A stretch of DNA of 61,611 bases from a virus (IMGVR_UViG_3300032216_000320:1-61611), one strand, 5' to 3'; counted from the first letter of the stretch, positions 37,973-47,679 are shown. Numbers and translations are program-made. Notes: generated from the sequence alone by a model not told the origin.

Positions 37973-38644
37973 TCATTTCCTTCCACAGTGGGCGCAGGAT
38001 GACACCCAGCAGTAATTTTTACACAAACCATTTGGTTTTGCATTCCAAATATCTGCGCTGTATGCACCTTCCAACATCATAACTTTGGGCATCCAGTTGC
38101 CCCAGTACCTGTGCTGTTGTTCTACTTCAAACATAGTTGGCACAAACTTATCCTCGGCTAAGAACAGCAAGCCGCCCTTGACCTTCTTGACTTCTGGGAA
38201 CATCTTGAACACCGCAAGTGCCATGAGTTCCAACTGCCCTAGGTCAGCGTAGCGGGACTTGCCAAGCTTGTAGTCAATTACACGGGCTTCACCCTTCTCG
38301 CGGTCAATGATGAGCAGGTCAGCCACACCACGGAACCAACAGTCAGGGGAGAAAAAATCGCATGGCTCCAGCTTTTCAGTCAGTGCCATCTTCAATTCAC
38401 AGAACTTCTCGCCCTGTATCTTGAGCAGGCTATCAAGCGCAGGCTTGATGAAAGCAAACTTTTCAGGAATCTCTTTGCCATCCCGTATGTATAACTCAGC
38501 AACCTCATGTACCAGCTTGCCATAAAGGGCTTGCTCGCCCTCGGGTTCCTTGACATCCTTCAACACCTTGGTGTGATAGAACTTCTTGGGGCAGGTGGTA
38601 AACGTCTTCAGGCTACTGAATGACCATGCGGGAATCTTTGCCAT
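37973..38644 (-). CDS. PD-(D/E)XK exonuclease (RecB/Cas4-like)
   Basis: WSFSSL..F..CP, GVADL, IDYK.GK, QL..MA, C..C. Confidence 0.85.
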   Translation of the reverse strand: MAKIPAWSFSSLKTFTTCPKKFYHTKVLKDVKEPEGEQALYGKLVHEVAELYIRDGKEIPEKFAFIKPALDSLLKIQGEKFCELKMALTEKLEPCDFFSPDCWFRGVADLLIIDREKGEARVIDYKLGKSRYADLGQLELMALAVFKMFPEVKKVKGGLLFLAEDKFVPTMFEVEQQHRYWGNWMPKVMMLEGAYSADIWNAKPNGLCKNYCWVSSCAHCGRK

Positions 38645-40527
38645 CAACAATCTCCGTAACTCAATCCCATACCGCTTTCGCAGTTGACTGGTAAACCTTC
38701 AGCCCATGACGGAACCCAACGCATGCAGGACTCCACATAAGCACGTGCTTCATCGGCTTCTTCTTGCCTAGCGACAATACCAATAGCATCGTGCACGGTA
38801 AGCACGACCTTGTATCGCTTAGCAATTTTCAGCATTTGATCGCCAATGATACACCGCGCAATCGCTTGTGTGAAGTTTTCTACAACTTTTCCACCATATA
38901 TTTTATTGGGGCCGTTGCGTGTTTGATATGTAAACTGTCGCTTGTCATCTTGGATGACTTCTTGCAGGCCGTTATAGTAGATGTGTAGCCCGTTCGGGAG
39001 GAGGATGCCTTTCTCATTGACTGTGAGTAGGTCATCTTTACCTAGCTTCATTGTCATGCCACGGCTCATGCACTTCAGGGCTTCTTGCGATTCACGCCAC
39101 AGCAGTGGGATCATCGGGTATGTATGGCGGTAAGTATCGATGACCCGTTTAGACGTGTCATCTTCAATGTCCACTCCGAACGTTTTAAGTTGCGCTTTAA
39201 ATTTAGGCGCTCCCATGCCGTACCCCGCGCCAAGAATGGTCGTCTTTCCGACAAACCTTTCGCTCTGCGAGATTTCTTCATTCGCCTTGCCGTAAATAGC
39301 AGATGCCATGATTTTGTATACGTCCTTGCCATTCGCAAACGCCTCCACTAAGTCATTCTGACCTGCCTCCCAAGCCAACGTGCGGGCTTCAATCTGGGCT
39401 GAGTCAGCATCAATAAACACATAACCCTCGGGTGCAAGGATCGCCTTCTTCAGCTTGCCTGCGTTTGGCCCACGGCTAGGTAGGTTCTGCAAGTTAACTG
39501 AATCTGTACCGCCCCACCTTCCGGTGTGGGCAGCGTAGTACTTGAGGGGCACAGGGAATGGCCCCCGCTTACTGATGTCGATAAACCGCTGAGTGCGAGT
39601 TTCCTCAAGCGTTGACTTGGTTCCAATGCGTGCCGCACACAGGGCTTGCACCCGCACATCTTCATGCTCAAGCAGGGCTTTGAACGCCTCGTCACTTTTG
39701 GCCAAAGCCAGAGTTGGCTTGCCTGTGGTGGGGCTTATTTTGAGGGGGGCTATCACATCCAGACCCTTGAGCATTTCGGCAAACTGATTGTTGCTCATCA
39801 ACGTCTTGCGTACTTCCGCCCGTGTTTCCTCGTCGCCAAGGATGTGCTTGACTGCAAGGTCTTGCTTGCCCACGGCCTTCAGTGCATTGACCAGATGCGC
39901 TTGCTTCTGCGCAACAGTATCTTCAAGGTGCAACCCCAAGGCTTTGGTGTCCAAACGTAGCACAGGATGAATGAACATACTCAGCGTTAGATCGATCAGC
40001 TTGAGTTCGCCTTTAGGGAATCCTGCCTCCATCATGTGCTGAAAAATGTTGTACGTTAACTGCACATCGTTGCGACAGTACGCGCCATACTTGGCAAGGG
40101 CATCGGGGCTAAAGAACTCACGACTTACGCCCACTGCGTCGTCAACCTCAGTACCTTTGACGCCTGCACCATAGCGTTCAGCCATTGACTTGAGGGATAC
40201 GCTGAAGTCCACGCCATGCAAGGCACGCCCCATGCTCATGGTATCTAGCCAGCCCTTGGGCTTCACGCCGTAACGCCACGATAAGATCGCGCCATCGAAC
40301 ATGGTATTGTGTGCAAGCACAAGCGAGTCCTCCCAAGGCAAAGTGTCCAGTACCTTTTGGATATGCTCATTGGTGCCTGTCACCCACACACAGCGTTCAT
40401 CGTTTATCTTGTACGCAAAGCCAATGGTTTCGTATCTGTTGTCACGTACGTACTCTTCCGTGCTGATCTTCTTAAGGCTGTAGTGCTGATCGTAGTAAGT
40501 CTCAAAGTCAAGTGTTATTAGGTTCAT
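38644..40527 (-). CDS. Family A DNA polymerase with 3'-5' exonuclease (start revised to MNLITLDFET)
   Basis: DFET, HN..FD, TGRWGG, NLQNLP, DSAQIEAR, KTTILGAGYG, VHDA. Confidence 0.93.
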   Translation of the reverse strand: MNLITLDFETYYDQHYSLKKISTEEYVRDNRYETIGFAYKINDERCVWVTGTNEHIQKVLDTLPWEDSLVLAHNTMFDGAILSWRYGVKPKGWLDTMSMGRALHGVDFSVSLKSMAERYGAGVKGTEVDDAVGVSREFFSPDALAKYGAYCRNDVQLTYNIFQHMMEAGFPKGELKLIDLTLSMFIHPVLRLDTKALGLHLEDTVAQKQAHLVNALKAVGKQDLAVKHILGDEETRAEVRKTLMSNNQFAEMLKGLDVIAPLKISPTTGKPTLALAKSDEAFKALLEHEDVRVQALCAARIGTKSTLEETRTQRFIDISKRGPFPVPLKYYAAHTGRWGGTDSVNLQNLPSRGPNAGKLKKAILAPEGYVFIDADSAQIEARTLAWEAGQNDLVEAFANGKDVYKIMASAIYGKANEEISQSERFVGKTTILGAGYGMGAPKFKAQLKTFGVDIEDDTSKRVIDTYRHTYPMIPLLWRESQEALKCMSRGMTMKLGKDDLLTVNEKGILLPNGLHIYYNGLQEVIQDDKRQFTYQTRNGPNKIYGGKVVENFTQAIARCIIGDQMLKIAKRYKVVLTVHDAIGIVARQEEADEARAYVESCMRWVPSWAEGLPVNCESGMGLSYGDC

Positions 40528-40975
40528 CTTTGTATATCTTTCGTGCGTCAGTCCATGCATAGTCGTAGGCATTGGTGTTGTTTGAATGGCCTAATTCAAC
40601 TTTTGTCCATTCCTTTTCCAGTACAGCCAACGCTTGAGTGGTTATTTGTGAGGCAGTCAAAGGGCCACCCCTTGTAACAATCGACACCTTCTTGGACTTA
40701 GTTTCATCACCACCCAATATGTTTTTTAGGAACGCACGCTTTTCTTTCTCAAGGTAGATGGCTTTGTACTTGATGGTCAGGGCTTCCCTCTCATGAGGCT
40801 CCAGTGCCCAGAGCGAACGCGCTGAACTAGTGTCTGTTTCCCCCATCACCCAGTCAATGATGCCTCTTGATAACGAACCCCAACGATGCTTGGGGTCACC
40901 TTCAATAAACTCTTCTGGGAACGTATCCATACGTTCCAGCACCAGCTTCACGAAATCACACAGTTCTGTGCTCAT
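40508..40975 (-). CDS. Hypothetical protein
   Basis: In operon; LERM...PEEF. Confidence 0.65.
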   Translation of the reverse strand: MSTELCDFVKLVLERMDTFPEEFIEGDPKHRWGSLSRGIIDWVMGETDTSSARSLWALEPHEREALTIKYKAIYLEKEKRAFLKNILGGDETKSKKVSIVTRGGPLTASQITTQALAVLEKEWTKVELGHSNNTNAYDYAWTDARKIYKDEPNNT

Positions 40976-41255
40976 TTAAAAGTTCCTTCAGTTCTATTAA
41001 GTTATCTTCGCGTGCAACATAGGTCAGGCCATCGGCGTTCATGATCTTGTCAAGCTCACGCTTTTGTAGTTCGGTCAGTTGACCCTTGCCTGCCTTGCAT
41101 TCGATTGCCACGAACCTGCCGTCCATACAGCAGATGATGTCGGGTATGCCTTGCCTGCCGTATCCGTTAGCAGGGGGCATGAAGTAGTAGATACCCAGTG
41201 CATCGAGGATGGCGCGCACACGGGCTTTGACTTTGACTTCAGGGGTTTGTGCCAT
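40956..41255 (-). CDS. VRR-NUC nuclease (Holliday-junction-resolvase-like)
   Basis: PE..VK...GIPDII...AIECKA.KG.LTELQ. Confidence 0.88.
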   Translation of the reverse strand: MAQTPEVKVKARVRAILDALGIYYFMPPANGYGRQGIPDIICCMDGRFVAIECKAGKGQLTELQKRELDKIMNADGLTYVAREDNLIELKELLNEHRTV

Positions 41256-41487
41256 CGCTCACCTCAATTAGTTTGGCTAGGTAATGTTGTGCCTTACGCA
41301 AGTCATCCACTCCGTTCTTGTACTTCCAGCGTGTGACGTACTTGATGATGTTACCTTCGAGAAACCCAAGGTCATTGCTGACGATGTAGTCCCAAGGCTG
41401 TATCTGCCTATCCATGTAGTGATCGCCCCCCACTTGCATATCATTGGCAGTGGGGAATAGTTCCAGTTGCTTTACGGGTTCAATCAT
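41239..41487 (-). CDS. DUF3310/SaV-like protein (start revised to MIEPVK)
   Basis: QVGGDHY...GF.EGNIIKY..R...K.G..DL.KA.HY. Confidence 0.85.
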   Translation of the reverse strand: MIEPVKQLELFPTANDMQVGGDHYMDRQIQPWDYIVSNDLGFLEGNIIKYVTRWKYKNGVDDLRKAQHYLAKLIEVSDGTNP

Positions 41488-41659
41488 TTTGCTTTTCCTG
41501 TAAGAGTTTGTCGTAGTACTGCTTGGGCATTGGGGCTTTCTTCTCGACAAGCTTGCGTAGCCAATCAGCACCGCCTAATTCGTTAAACATAATCCACTGT
41601 CTGTCAGACATTCGTACTTGCCTGCCTAGCAGTTTCTCAGGGGGTTTGGGTCTTGGCAT
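41480..41659 (-). CDS. Small protein, 59 aa (not in the ORF track)
   Basis: MPRPKPPEKLLGRQVRMSDRQW...GGADWLR; ribbon-helix-helix-like. Confidence 0.6.
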   Translation of the reverse strand: MPRPKPPEKLLGRQVRMSDRQWIMFNELGGADWLRKLVEKKAPMPKQYYDKLLQEKQND

Positions 41660-41835
41660 TATCGTTTCATGTTCCGGATGTATATAGCAAAGCTGTCAAT
41701 CGTATCTTTACCAAACGCAGTCATCTTCTCAATCTCACGTGCTACTTCTTCAAGTGTTTCGTTACGAACAACTTGTTTAAATGTTTGCGCAAAATTGTTG
41801 TTAATGTATTCTTGAATGTCATCATCGTCGTTCAT
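41659..41835 (-). CDS. Small protein, 58 aa (not in the ORF track)
   Basis: MNDDDDIQEY...RNETLEEVA; AGGAG RBS; overlapping stop/start. Confidence 0.6.
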   Translation of the reverse strand: MNDDDDIQEYINNNFAQTFKQVVRNETLEEVAREIEKMTAFGKDTIDSFAIYIRNMKR

Positions 41836-42044
41836 GTGTTCTTCTCCTTGAGTTTGTCTTCAATGGCTTTAGCAAATTCAAAACGATCTGCGTAGGGCAT
41901 TGTGTTGCTGAGTGCAAACACCTCATCCTCCGTCAGCCCTACCCACCCACGCTCAGGCAACGGATGCCCTGCTTGTTTGTAAGCTTCATCACGCCACAGT
42001 TGTGCTCGTTTCCTGTGGTACTCACAGTTTGGACAGTCGTTCAT
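41832..42044 (-). CDS. Small hypothetical protein
   Basis: WVGLTEDE...FAKAIEDKLKEKN motif common in proteobacterial phages. Confidence 0.7.
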   Translation of the reverse strand: MNDCPNCEYHRKRAQLWRDEAYKQAGHPLPERGWVGLTEDEVFALSNTMPYADRFEFAKAIEDKLKEKNT

Positions 42045-42232
42045 GCTTGTCCCCTTGCTCGGATGGCTTCAGCCAAAGTGTCCCCTGCGTATTCCACACT
42101 GCCCTCACACACCTTTGCACACTCCTCACGCTCATGTTGTGCTACTAGCTTGGCAAAGGCTTCTAAGAATTTGGGCGTAGCATCAAAGCCACCCGCTTGC
42201 CTAGTTATCTCAATAATTTCATCTTGTGTCAT
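42041..42232 (-). CDS. Small hypothetical protein (start revised to MTQDEI)
   Basis: FAKLVA..EREECAKVC...AIRARG. Confidence 0.7.
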   Translation of the reverse strand: MTQDEIIEITRQAGGFDATPKFLEAFAKLVAQHEREECAKVCEGSVEYAGDTLAEAIRARGQA

Positions 42233-42314
42233 ATCGCTCCCCTGAATACAAACAACACCCAACCCCAAAAGGCTACCAAAAAAAGAAACAAACACAAAAA
42301 TATGTGACTTACTT

Positions 42315-42497
42315 TCATGGCTTTTCCTTCAGCACTACCTCTAGTGCATCAAGCGCCTTATCCCACGTGTTGTAGTCGATGCTGTTGCCAAACGCTTTCA
42401 TCACAGCGTGCGCTGCTTGTTCAATTTTCTTTAGCCGTTTGTTCTCAGACATCAACTCGGCTAGTTGTAAATCCATCTCCCTTGTTTCTTCATCCAT
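42315..42497 (-). CDS. Small hypothetical protein
   Basis: In operon. Confidence 0.55.
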   Translation of the reverse strand: MDEETREMDLQLAELMSENKRLKKIEQAAHAVMKAFGNSIDYNTWDKALDALEVVLKEKP

Positions 42498-42498
42498 G

Positions 42499-42699
42499 CT
42501 ATTCCCCTAGTTCATAAAAAATATCATCAATGACATCGCGCACACCCTCCAGTGTGTCAGCCATATCCGCTTTGTGTGTTAACTGCTTTGCTACAAGTAC
42601 CCTGATACCCACGAGGGCTACGTACATATCCTTACCCTTGACCGCATACAGTAGCTTGCGTTCATCTTCTGGGTAGTTAAACTCCAGTACAGCTTTCAT
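42499..42699 (-). CDS. Small hypothetical protein
   Basis: MKAVLEFNYPEDE. Confidence 0.65.
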   Translation of the reverse strand: MKAVLEFNYPEDERKLLYAVKGKDMYVALVGIRVLVAKQLTHKADMADTLEGVRDVIDDIFYELGE

Positions 42700-42937
42700 C
42701 TTTATCCTTTGGTGTTAACCAATACGCATCACCTACACGGTGCCCGATGGAAGGTATGTCATCCATGTTGTGCACCATGCTTAGCAATGCAAGGTCTTTG
42801 CGTATCCATTCAGGCAACGCTTCGTGTGTATAGGACGCATTCATCTTAGCTACTGCGCCTTGAAATACCGTGACCTTCCAACGCCCCGTCGAAGGCATCT
42901 TCACAATCCGGTACATACATTTTGGGTTCCGTTCCAT
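42677..42937 (-). CDS. Hypothetical protein (start revised to MERNPK)
   Basis: AAGGA RBS; LPEWI...LALL. Confidence 0.6.
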   Translation of the reverse strand: MERNPKCMYRIVKMPSTGRWKVTVFQGAVAKMNASYTHEALPEWIRKDLALLSMVHNMDDIPSIGHRVGDAYWLTPKDKDESCTGV

Positions 42938-42944
42938 TACTTCC

Positions 42945-44093
42945 TTAGATGTGCACCGTGACTCCATGCGGTGCGACAGTTTGTTTATTGTTGATGCACC
43001 AAAGCACAGGGGCTGGCCAGTCACCGCCCCAGTCACCAAACACTTCACCATCCGTCAGCATGACAATACAGTCCGGCACAATGCGCTGCTCACGCATATA
43101 GCGTGTGACGCAACTCGGTTCTGTACCGCCCCCACCCTTGGGCTTTGTGCTTTGATGCAGTGTACTGATCGAATCGGCTTCGTAGATTTCGTGTGCAGCT
43201 ACATTGTGCCCCCAATACATCAAGTCCACAAGTTCGGGTTTAACCGAATCACACACGCCCTGCACTTCTGCAAGGAACGTAGCCAACACCTTGTCATCAA
43301 TCGAGCCTGATGTATCAGCACCAAGGGCAATACGAAACACGCTGTCGCTGTAGGATGTAGGCGCCATGACATCTTGGCTCATGAACCTGCGATCAATGCG
43401 TCTATACGATGTGTAGTCGTAGCCCGGCTTGCAGTTGGTAATGAAGTCACGCAGTGCCTCACGCCAATCCACCTTGGGCTTGAGCATCTCAAGTATGTTG
43501 CGATCCACGTTCGCACCTGCCTTGCTTGCAAAGATGTTGCCTTGCCGTAACGCTTGGTCAACTGCCTTGCTCAACTCGTCAGCCTGCTCATCGGTCAGCT
43601 TGGATGCCCCGTCCCAATCGTGTTGGTCAAAGCCCTTGGGCTTCTTGCTCTGACTGCTATCTTGCTTGAGTAGTTTGAACACTTGCCCCGCATCCATGTC
43701 ACGGTACTTCTCGTCAACACACCCACCGTCAGGTAGTTTTACAAATTGATCTTTGTAGTATCTATCTTGGATGGGTAAGTTGATGACGTAGTCACACGCC
43801 ATGTTCGCAAGCTCAGCATCCTCATCATGTAGGTAGCTCCAAGTACGTAGGTGTTTGAATGCGCAGTGCATCTTCTCGTGGAGCACAAGCCCCATAAGTT
43901 CCGCATCGGTTAGCTTCTCAATGAACTGCAAACCATACTCAGCATCTAGGCCATCGGTACGTGCTGTAAGGTTAGGGTTATCCACTACTTTGTTTTTACC
44001 CATAGGGATGATGCCTACCAACCATGTATATTCTTTGTCACGTAGCAGAGATACGTGAGCACGCTCAAGGCGTTGGGATGGTGTTAGTTGCAT
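42945..44093 (-). CDS. HExxH metallopeptidase + vWA domain protein (start revised to MQLTPS)
   Basis: TARTDG, LHEKMH, N.ACDY.IN; MIDAS DTSGS, GGGT, LTDG. Confidence 0.88.
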   Translation of the reverse strand: MQLTPSQRLERAHVSLLRDKEYTWLVGIIPMGKNKVVDNPNLTARTDGLDAEYGLQFIEKLTDAELMGLVLHEKMHCAFKHLRTWSYLHDEDAELANMACDYVINLPIQDRYYKDQFVKLPDGGCVDEKYRDMDAGQVFKLLKQDSSQSKKPKGFDQHDWDGASKLTDEQADELSKAVDQALRQGNIFASKAGANVDRNILEMLKPKVDWREALRDFITNCKPGYDYTSYRRIDRRFMSQDVMAPTSYSDSVFRIALGADTSGSIDDKVLATFLAEVQGVCDSVKPELVDLMYWGHNVAAHEIYEADSISTLHQSTKPKGGGGTEPSCVTRYMREQRIVPDCIVMLTDGEVFGDWGGDWPAPVLWCINNKQTVAPHGVTVHI

Positions 44094-44100
44094 AGTAACC

Positions 44101-45156
44101 TCACGCAAACAAGTATTGTTTATCGATAGCAAACTTGGTGAACTGATCGTTGTCAAGAACAAACTGCTTGCTTTCTTTCTTGATGATCGATGTGCAGAAC
44201 AATGCCTGCACCTCACGTTGCATACGAGCCATGTACGTCATCCATGAGTCAAGCGTATCCTCGGTCACCCAGTTCAAGGCTTGGTACGCAAGCATCAACC
44301 TGCTTGGTATTTGGTCAGGCAAACGGGCGGTGTCGGGGCTACTGATGATCTCAGCACGCTTAGGTAATGAGTCACCCATAGAAATCCATGACTGAATATC
44401 AAGGGCAGCAGGTGCACCGATCGTACCGATCAACGCTGTCTCCAACGCATTGGGTGTAAACAAGTGACGCTTGTTGATGATCTTGGATGCTTGCTCCAAT
44501 GATCTGTGTGTCACGAACGCAGAGCGTTGCGCCTTGGGGTGATAGATCAACGGATTGTCATCGGGGTTATCGTACATCTCGTACGAGTGCAAAGCATCGG
44601 GGCGCTCACCCACCCACATGATGACCTCGGGTGCAATGTTGTTCAGCCGTGCATAGTTCTCAACCCACTCGTCACCCGTCTGCTTGGCCATACGTACTGA
44701 CGTTATACGATTGCGGTGATGGGGCTTGAGCATATCACCCACACCCTCGCCACCTAGGTTGGTGGTCATGAACACAATGGATTCCTTGTGCAGATAGTTG
44801 TGGCCTTGCCGTCTCTCAACAGGCAGGGGCAGTGCCGCATCTTGCGCTGAGCGTGACCCCTTGCCGAACTCATCTAGCATCAGGATCACAGGCACATCGC
44901 TACCTAGCCCGAATGATTCGTTGTAATAGAACTCAGTGGTCTTGGTTGTATGGTTAACCGCAGGTACACGGAAGTCGCCCTCGTGCATCACAGTCATGTC
45001 CATGTACACCTTGCGGTGGTTGGGGAATCGCTTGCCGATGGCATGTATCAAAGATGATTTACCAGAACCGATGTGGCCTTCCACGATCGGGGTTACCTCT
45101 GAGCCTACGGCACAGATGAAGTCAACAGTTTCGTTGTAGTTCATTGAAGTTTGCAT
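44101..45156 (-). CDS. MoxR-like AAA+ ATPase
   Basis: Walker A GHIGSGKS; Walker B LMLDE; sensor TTN; NR. Confidence 0.85.
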   Translation of the reverse strand: MQTSMNYNETVDFICAVGSEVTPIVEGHIGSGKSSLIHAIGKRFPNHRKVYMDMTVMHEGDFRVPAVNHTTKTTEFYYNESFGLGSDVPVILMLDEFGKGSRSAQDAALPLPVERRQGHNYLHKESIVFMTTNLGGEGVGDMLKPHHRNRITSVRMAKQTGDEWVENYARLNNIAPEVIMWVGERPDALHSYEMYDNPDDNPLIYHPKAQRSAFVTHRSLEQASKIINKRHLFTPNALETALIGTIGAPAALDIQSWISMGDSLPKRAEIISSPDTARLPDQIPSRLMLAYQALNWVTEDTLDSWMTYMARMQREVQALFCTSIIKKESKQFVLDNDQFTKFAIDKQYLFA

Positions 45157-45171
45157 GATGTTTCCAGTTAG

Positions 45172-45438
45172 TTATTGAAGGGGGGTATCAGATTCGTACT
45201 TATCGTGTAATGCTTTGGCCGCAAGTGTGGCGTCGAAGCAAGCTCCGGTCGCACCCATCACGCTACCTTTATCTGCACCATGCTCGACAGCGATAGCGCA
45301 GGTCATACGTAGCAGTACGTTAATCACAACGTCAACACGCATGCCACCGTTTTGTGAAATGGTTTTGAACAGGGCTTCGTACAGATCGTCAATCTCTACG
45401 CGCATCTTGGGGTCATCAGGTGGTTGTTGGTATTTCAT
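45172..45438 (-). CDS. Hypothetical protein
   Basis: In operon. Confidence 0.6.
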   Translation of the reverse strand: MKYQQPPDDPKMRVEIDDLYEALFKTISQNGGMRVDVVINVLLRMTCAIAVEHGADKGSVMGATGACFDATLAAKALHDKYESDTPLQ

Positions 45439-45439
45439 A

Positions 45440-46309
45440 TCAAATGTCCAGTGAAAATTTATCTTTCAGTTCATCCATCTTGGTAATGATGGAGTTGCGC
45501 ATCTCAGGTGACTCACGCAGGGATTTGATGTCCACGTCAGTCAGAGATAGTTCAAGGGCACGGCGTGCCGCTTCCAAGTCAGGGTCATCTAAGATGTTCA
45601 ATGACTTCAAGGTACTACACAGACCCAATGCGTTGTCGAGCATGGATTGATATAGCTTTTGTGGCTTGCCGTCTTCCTTGGCAATCATCTTATCTCGGAT
45701 GTGTTGCACTTCTTCGTACAACCGATCCCAAGGCTCTTGCATGGCCTCTCGCATACGGGTAGTCGTAGCCGCTTCAAACCTAGACTTGAGTTGCTCAGCC
45801 GCTTCCGCAGGGATGTCAACACGGAAGTCACCCGCTTCAGGCACAGGGGTGAAGTGATACCGCAAGCCAAACTTATGCTCGATGGCTTCCACAGTTGGGT
45901 ACTCGGCAGGGTCAAACAACTTACCAAGCTTGAACGCCTGAGAAGAAATCTTGACCCCGTAGTTGGTCACAAACTGCTGAACCAAGCGATCAAATTCCTT
46001 CTCGTGTTCACCCAACTCGTGTGAGATGTCAAAGAAAGCTTTGGTTGGAACAAGCCGTGTGCCTGAGTCAGACCACGGCAGGGTAACTGAATACAACCAT
46101 GTACGCACCTTGCCAGCGTGTGAATTGATTGCCTCCAGATCAGCGTCACCTACGAACAGTGACTTGTAAACCGAAGCAGCTTTACTGGATCGGGTGTTCT
46201 TTGCAAGGTTGACCTCTTCAGCCGTGACCTTGTCTTGCTTGCGCCCTGTGTACACAGAGATGTTCATGTCAAGCAACATTGCAGATGATGATAGTGATTT
46301 ATGTTTCAT
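45440..46309 (-). CDS. DUF3150-like protein
   Basis: TLPW...G.RLVP...YP...F......PVP..GDFR; typical partner of phage AAA/vWA genes. Confidence 0.65.
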   Translation of the reverse strand: MKHKSLSSSAMLLDMNISVYTGRKQDKVTAEEVNLAKNTRSSKAASVYKSLFVGDADLEAINSHAGKVRTWLYSVTLPWSDSGTRLVPTKAFFDISHELGEHEKEFDRLVQQFVTNYGVKISSQAFKLGKLFDPAEYPTVEAIEHKFGLRYHFTPVPEAGDFRVDIPAEAAEQLKSRFEAATTTRMREAMQEPWDRLYEEVQHIRDKMIAKEDGKPQKLYQSMLDNALGLCSTLKSLNILDDPDLEAARRALELSLTDVDIKSLRESPEMRNSIITKMDELKDKFSLDI

Positions 46310-46329
46310 AACAGTTTCGTTAAAGATGT

Positions 46330-46345
46330 TTCCTACCAGTAGGAA
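46330..46345. repeat. Palindrome copy 7: TTCCTAC-CA-GTAGGAA
   Basis: Intergenic, 3 nt after a minus-strand stop. Confidence 0.9.
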
Positions 46346-46348
46346 AAA

Positions 46349-46516
46349 TTAAGTTGAAGGATTGGTCAGACGCTCCACCCTGCGCAGGGAAATCCAGTTG
46401 TCACCGAGGTAACGAACCGAACGAACCCACGCACGGATGTTGTGGCGTTGAACGTTGGAGGGAATTCCCTCCACGCACCAAAGCTTGCGAGCCAATTTAA
46501 GTTTTGACGTGTTCAT
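46349..46516 (-). CDS. Small basic protein, 55 aa (not in the ORF track)
   Basis: MNTSKLKLARKLW...HNIRAWVRSVRYLGDNW. Confidence 0.65.
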   Translation of the reverse strand: MNTSKLKLARKLWCVEGIPSNVQRHNIRAWVRSVRYLGDNWISLRRVERLTNPST

Positions 46517-46533
46517 AAAAGGCAACCAGTTAC

Positions 46534-46911
46534 TTAGCCCATGCGGAGAACTTCGACGTTTCCCGTGGTCATGTTGCGCATAGTTTTGTAGTTACCCTTG
46601 CCCCACAACACGTTAGACATAGATGCGGCTGAGCCTTGAATCTCTTTGACATCAGAGTTGTTGGGGATCGGTATCACACATACGTCACCCACCTTCATTG
46701 GCTTGAGGTAGGGCAAGATATGGCCACGCAAATATCCAAGCGGGTTGCGTGATGGGGCACGCTTTTTCTTGGGTGGGGTTGCATCGGGCACGTGCAGTTT
46801 GAGATCACCCTCGATGATCTGCTCACCCGTAGGTAGCACGATGATGTATTGCGCACGAATGATGTTGAGCAAACGTGTTGCGTCTTTTGCGGTTTTGGTA
46901 ATGATGTCCAT
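46534..46911 (-). CDS. Small putative DNA-binding protein
   Basis: MKVGD...IP...VEVLR C-terminal domain. Confidence 0.65.
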   Translation of the reverse strand: MDIITKTAKDATRLLNIIRAQYIIVLPTGEQIIEGDLKLHVPDATPPKKKRAPSRNPLGYLRGHILPYLKPMKVGDVCVIPIPNNSDVKEIQGSAASMSNVLWGKGNYKTMRNMTTGNVEVLRMG

Positions 46912-46977
46912 GATAGGTTATGTTTTCCGTTTAGTTTCAAAAAGATTGATAGTTAAGTTTCTGACTTAACAAGGTTA

Positions 46978-47006
46978 AGTATACATGATAAAGGTCGTTG
47001 TGTCAA
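46978..47006 (-). promoter_or_regulatory. Near-consensus sigma70 promoter with an overlapping inverted repeat (46964-46980)
   Basis: TTGACA-N17-TATACT; ACTTAAC-AAG-GTTAAGT over the -10/start site. Confidence 0.8.
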
Positions 47007-47021
47007 ATGTGTTTGTAGTAT

Positions 47022-47111
47022 CTATGGCCTCCAATAAAAAAGATCAGCAAGAAGTACCATCACTGCAATGAGTAACAGCACGCGTTCAAATTTTTCCCAA
47101 GGTGTCAGCAT
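47022..47111 (-). CDS. 29-aa single-TM peptide
   Basis: MLTPWEKFERVLLLIAVMVLLADLFYWRP. Confidence 0.5.
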   Translation of the reverse strand: MLTPWEKFERVLLLIAVMVLLADLFYWRP

Positions 47112-47389
47112 TTGAATGTTTCCTTTATGTATTGCATAGCTTCACGTCGGGTATCAAAGCCTCGGTACTCACCGTCTTCATCTATCCATTCGTCGGTGGT
47201 GTCGCCGTAGATAACCCAGATATCACCTGATCGCTCAACGTGCCAACAGTTTGAATCATTGAAGTTCTCCATGTATAGCTGGTGCACAATCTTCTTACAC
47301 GTTGTGTCGTCGTACCCTGTCAGGCGTTCAAGTTCTGCGGGGTGATTCTCTTCTAGCAGGGTGATGATCTGCTCTTTGAGTGTTGTCAT
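47105..47389 (-). CDS. Small acidic early protein
   Basis: ATGA overlap with the upstream gene. Confidence 0.6.
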   Translation of the reverse strand: MTTLKEQIITLLEENHPAELERLTGYDDTTCKKIVHQLYMENFNDSNCWHVERSGDIWVIYGDTTDEWIDEDGEYRGFDTRREAMQYIKETFKC

Positions 47390-47679
47390 TTTGTTTTCCC
47401 CCTTGCAAATTTAAGTGCCTCATCCCATACAAGCCACGCATCTTCGATGGATGTAAAGATGTAGTCAGGCATGACATACTTGTTGGTTGGCCGTAAGAAG
47501 TGCACCACATCCTCTCGTGTACCAACGGCTACACAACGTAGATACGTTGTCATGAACGCCATGTCTTCGGATGTCAGGTCTTCTTGCTGATCTTGCTCCT
47601 CTTCCTTCTGTGCCTGCTCGTCGAGCATGCGTTGGTGGTCGGCCAACATGTTGGTGTAGTGTGCGTCTAGTCCGTTCAT
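47386..47679 (-). CDS. Small early protein (start revised to MNGLDA)
   Basis: GGAG RBS; ATGA overlap. Confidence 0.6.
   Translation of the reverse strand: MNGLDAHYTNMLADHQRMLDEQAQKEEEQDQQEDLTSEDMAFMTTYLRCVAVGTREDVVHFLRPTNKYVMPDYIFTSIEDAWLVWDEALKFARGKTK

Noticed and set aside
37973-38644. Cas4 indicating a CRISPR system
   Set aside because: An ordinary phage PD-(D/E)XK exonuclease in the replication module; no array.
38644-41487. Modified-base (Z-genome or deazaguanine) system
   Set aside because: No purZ, datZ, que or dpdA-like genes were recognised.
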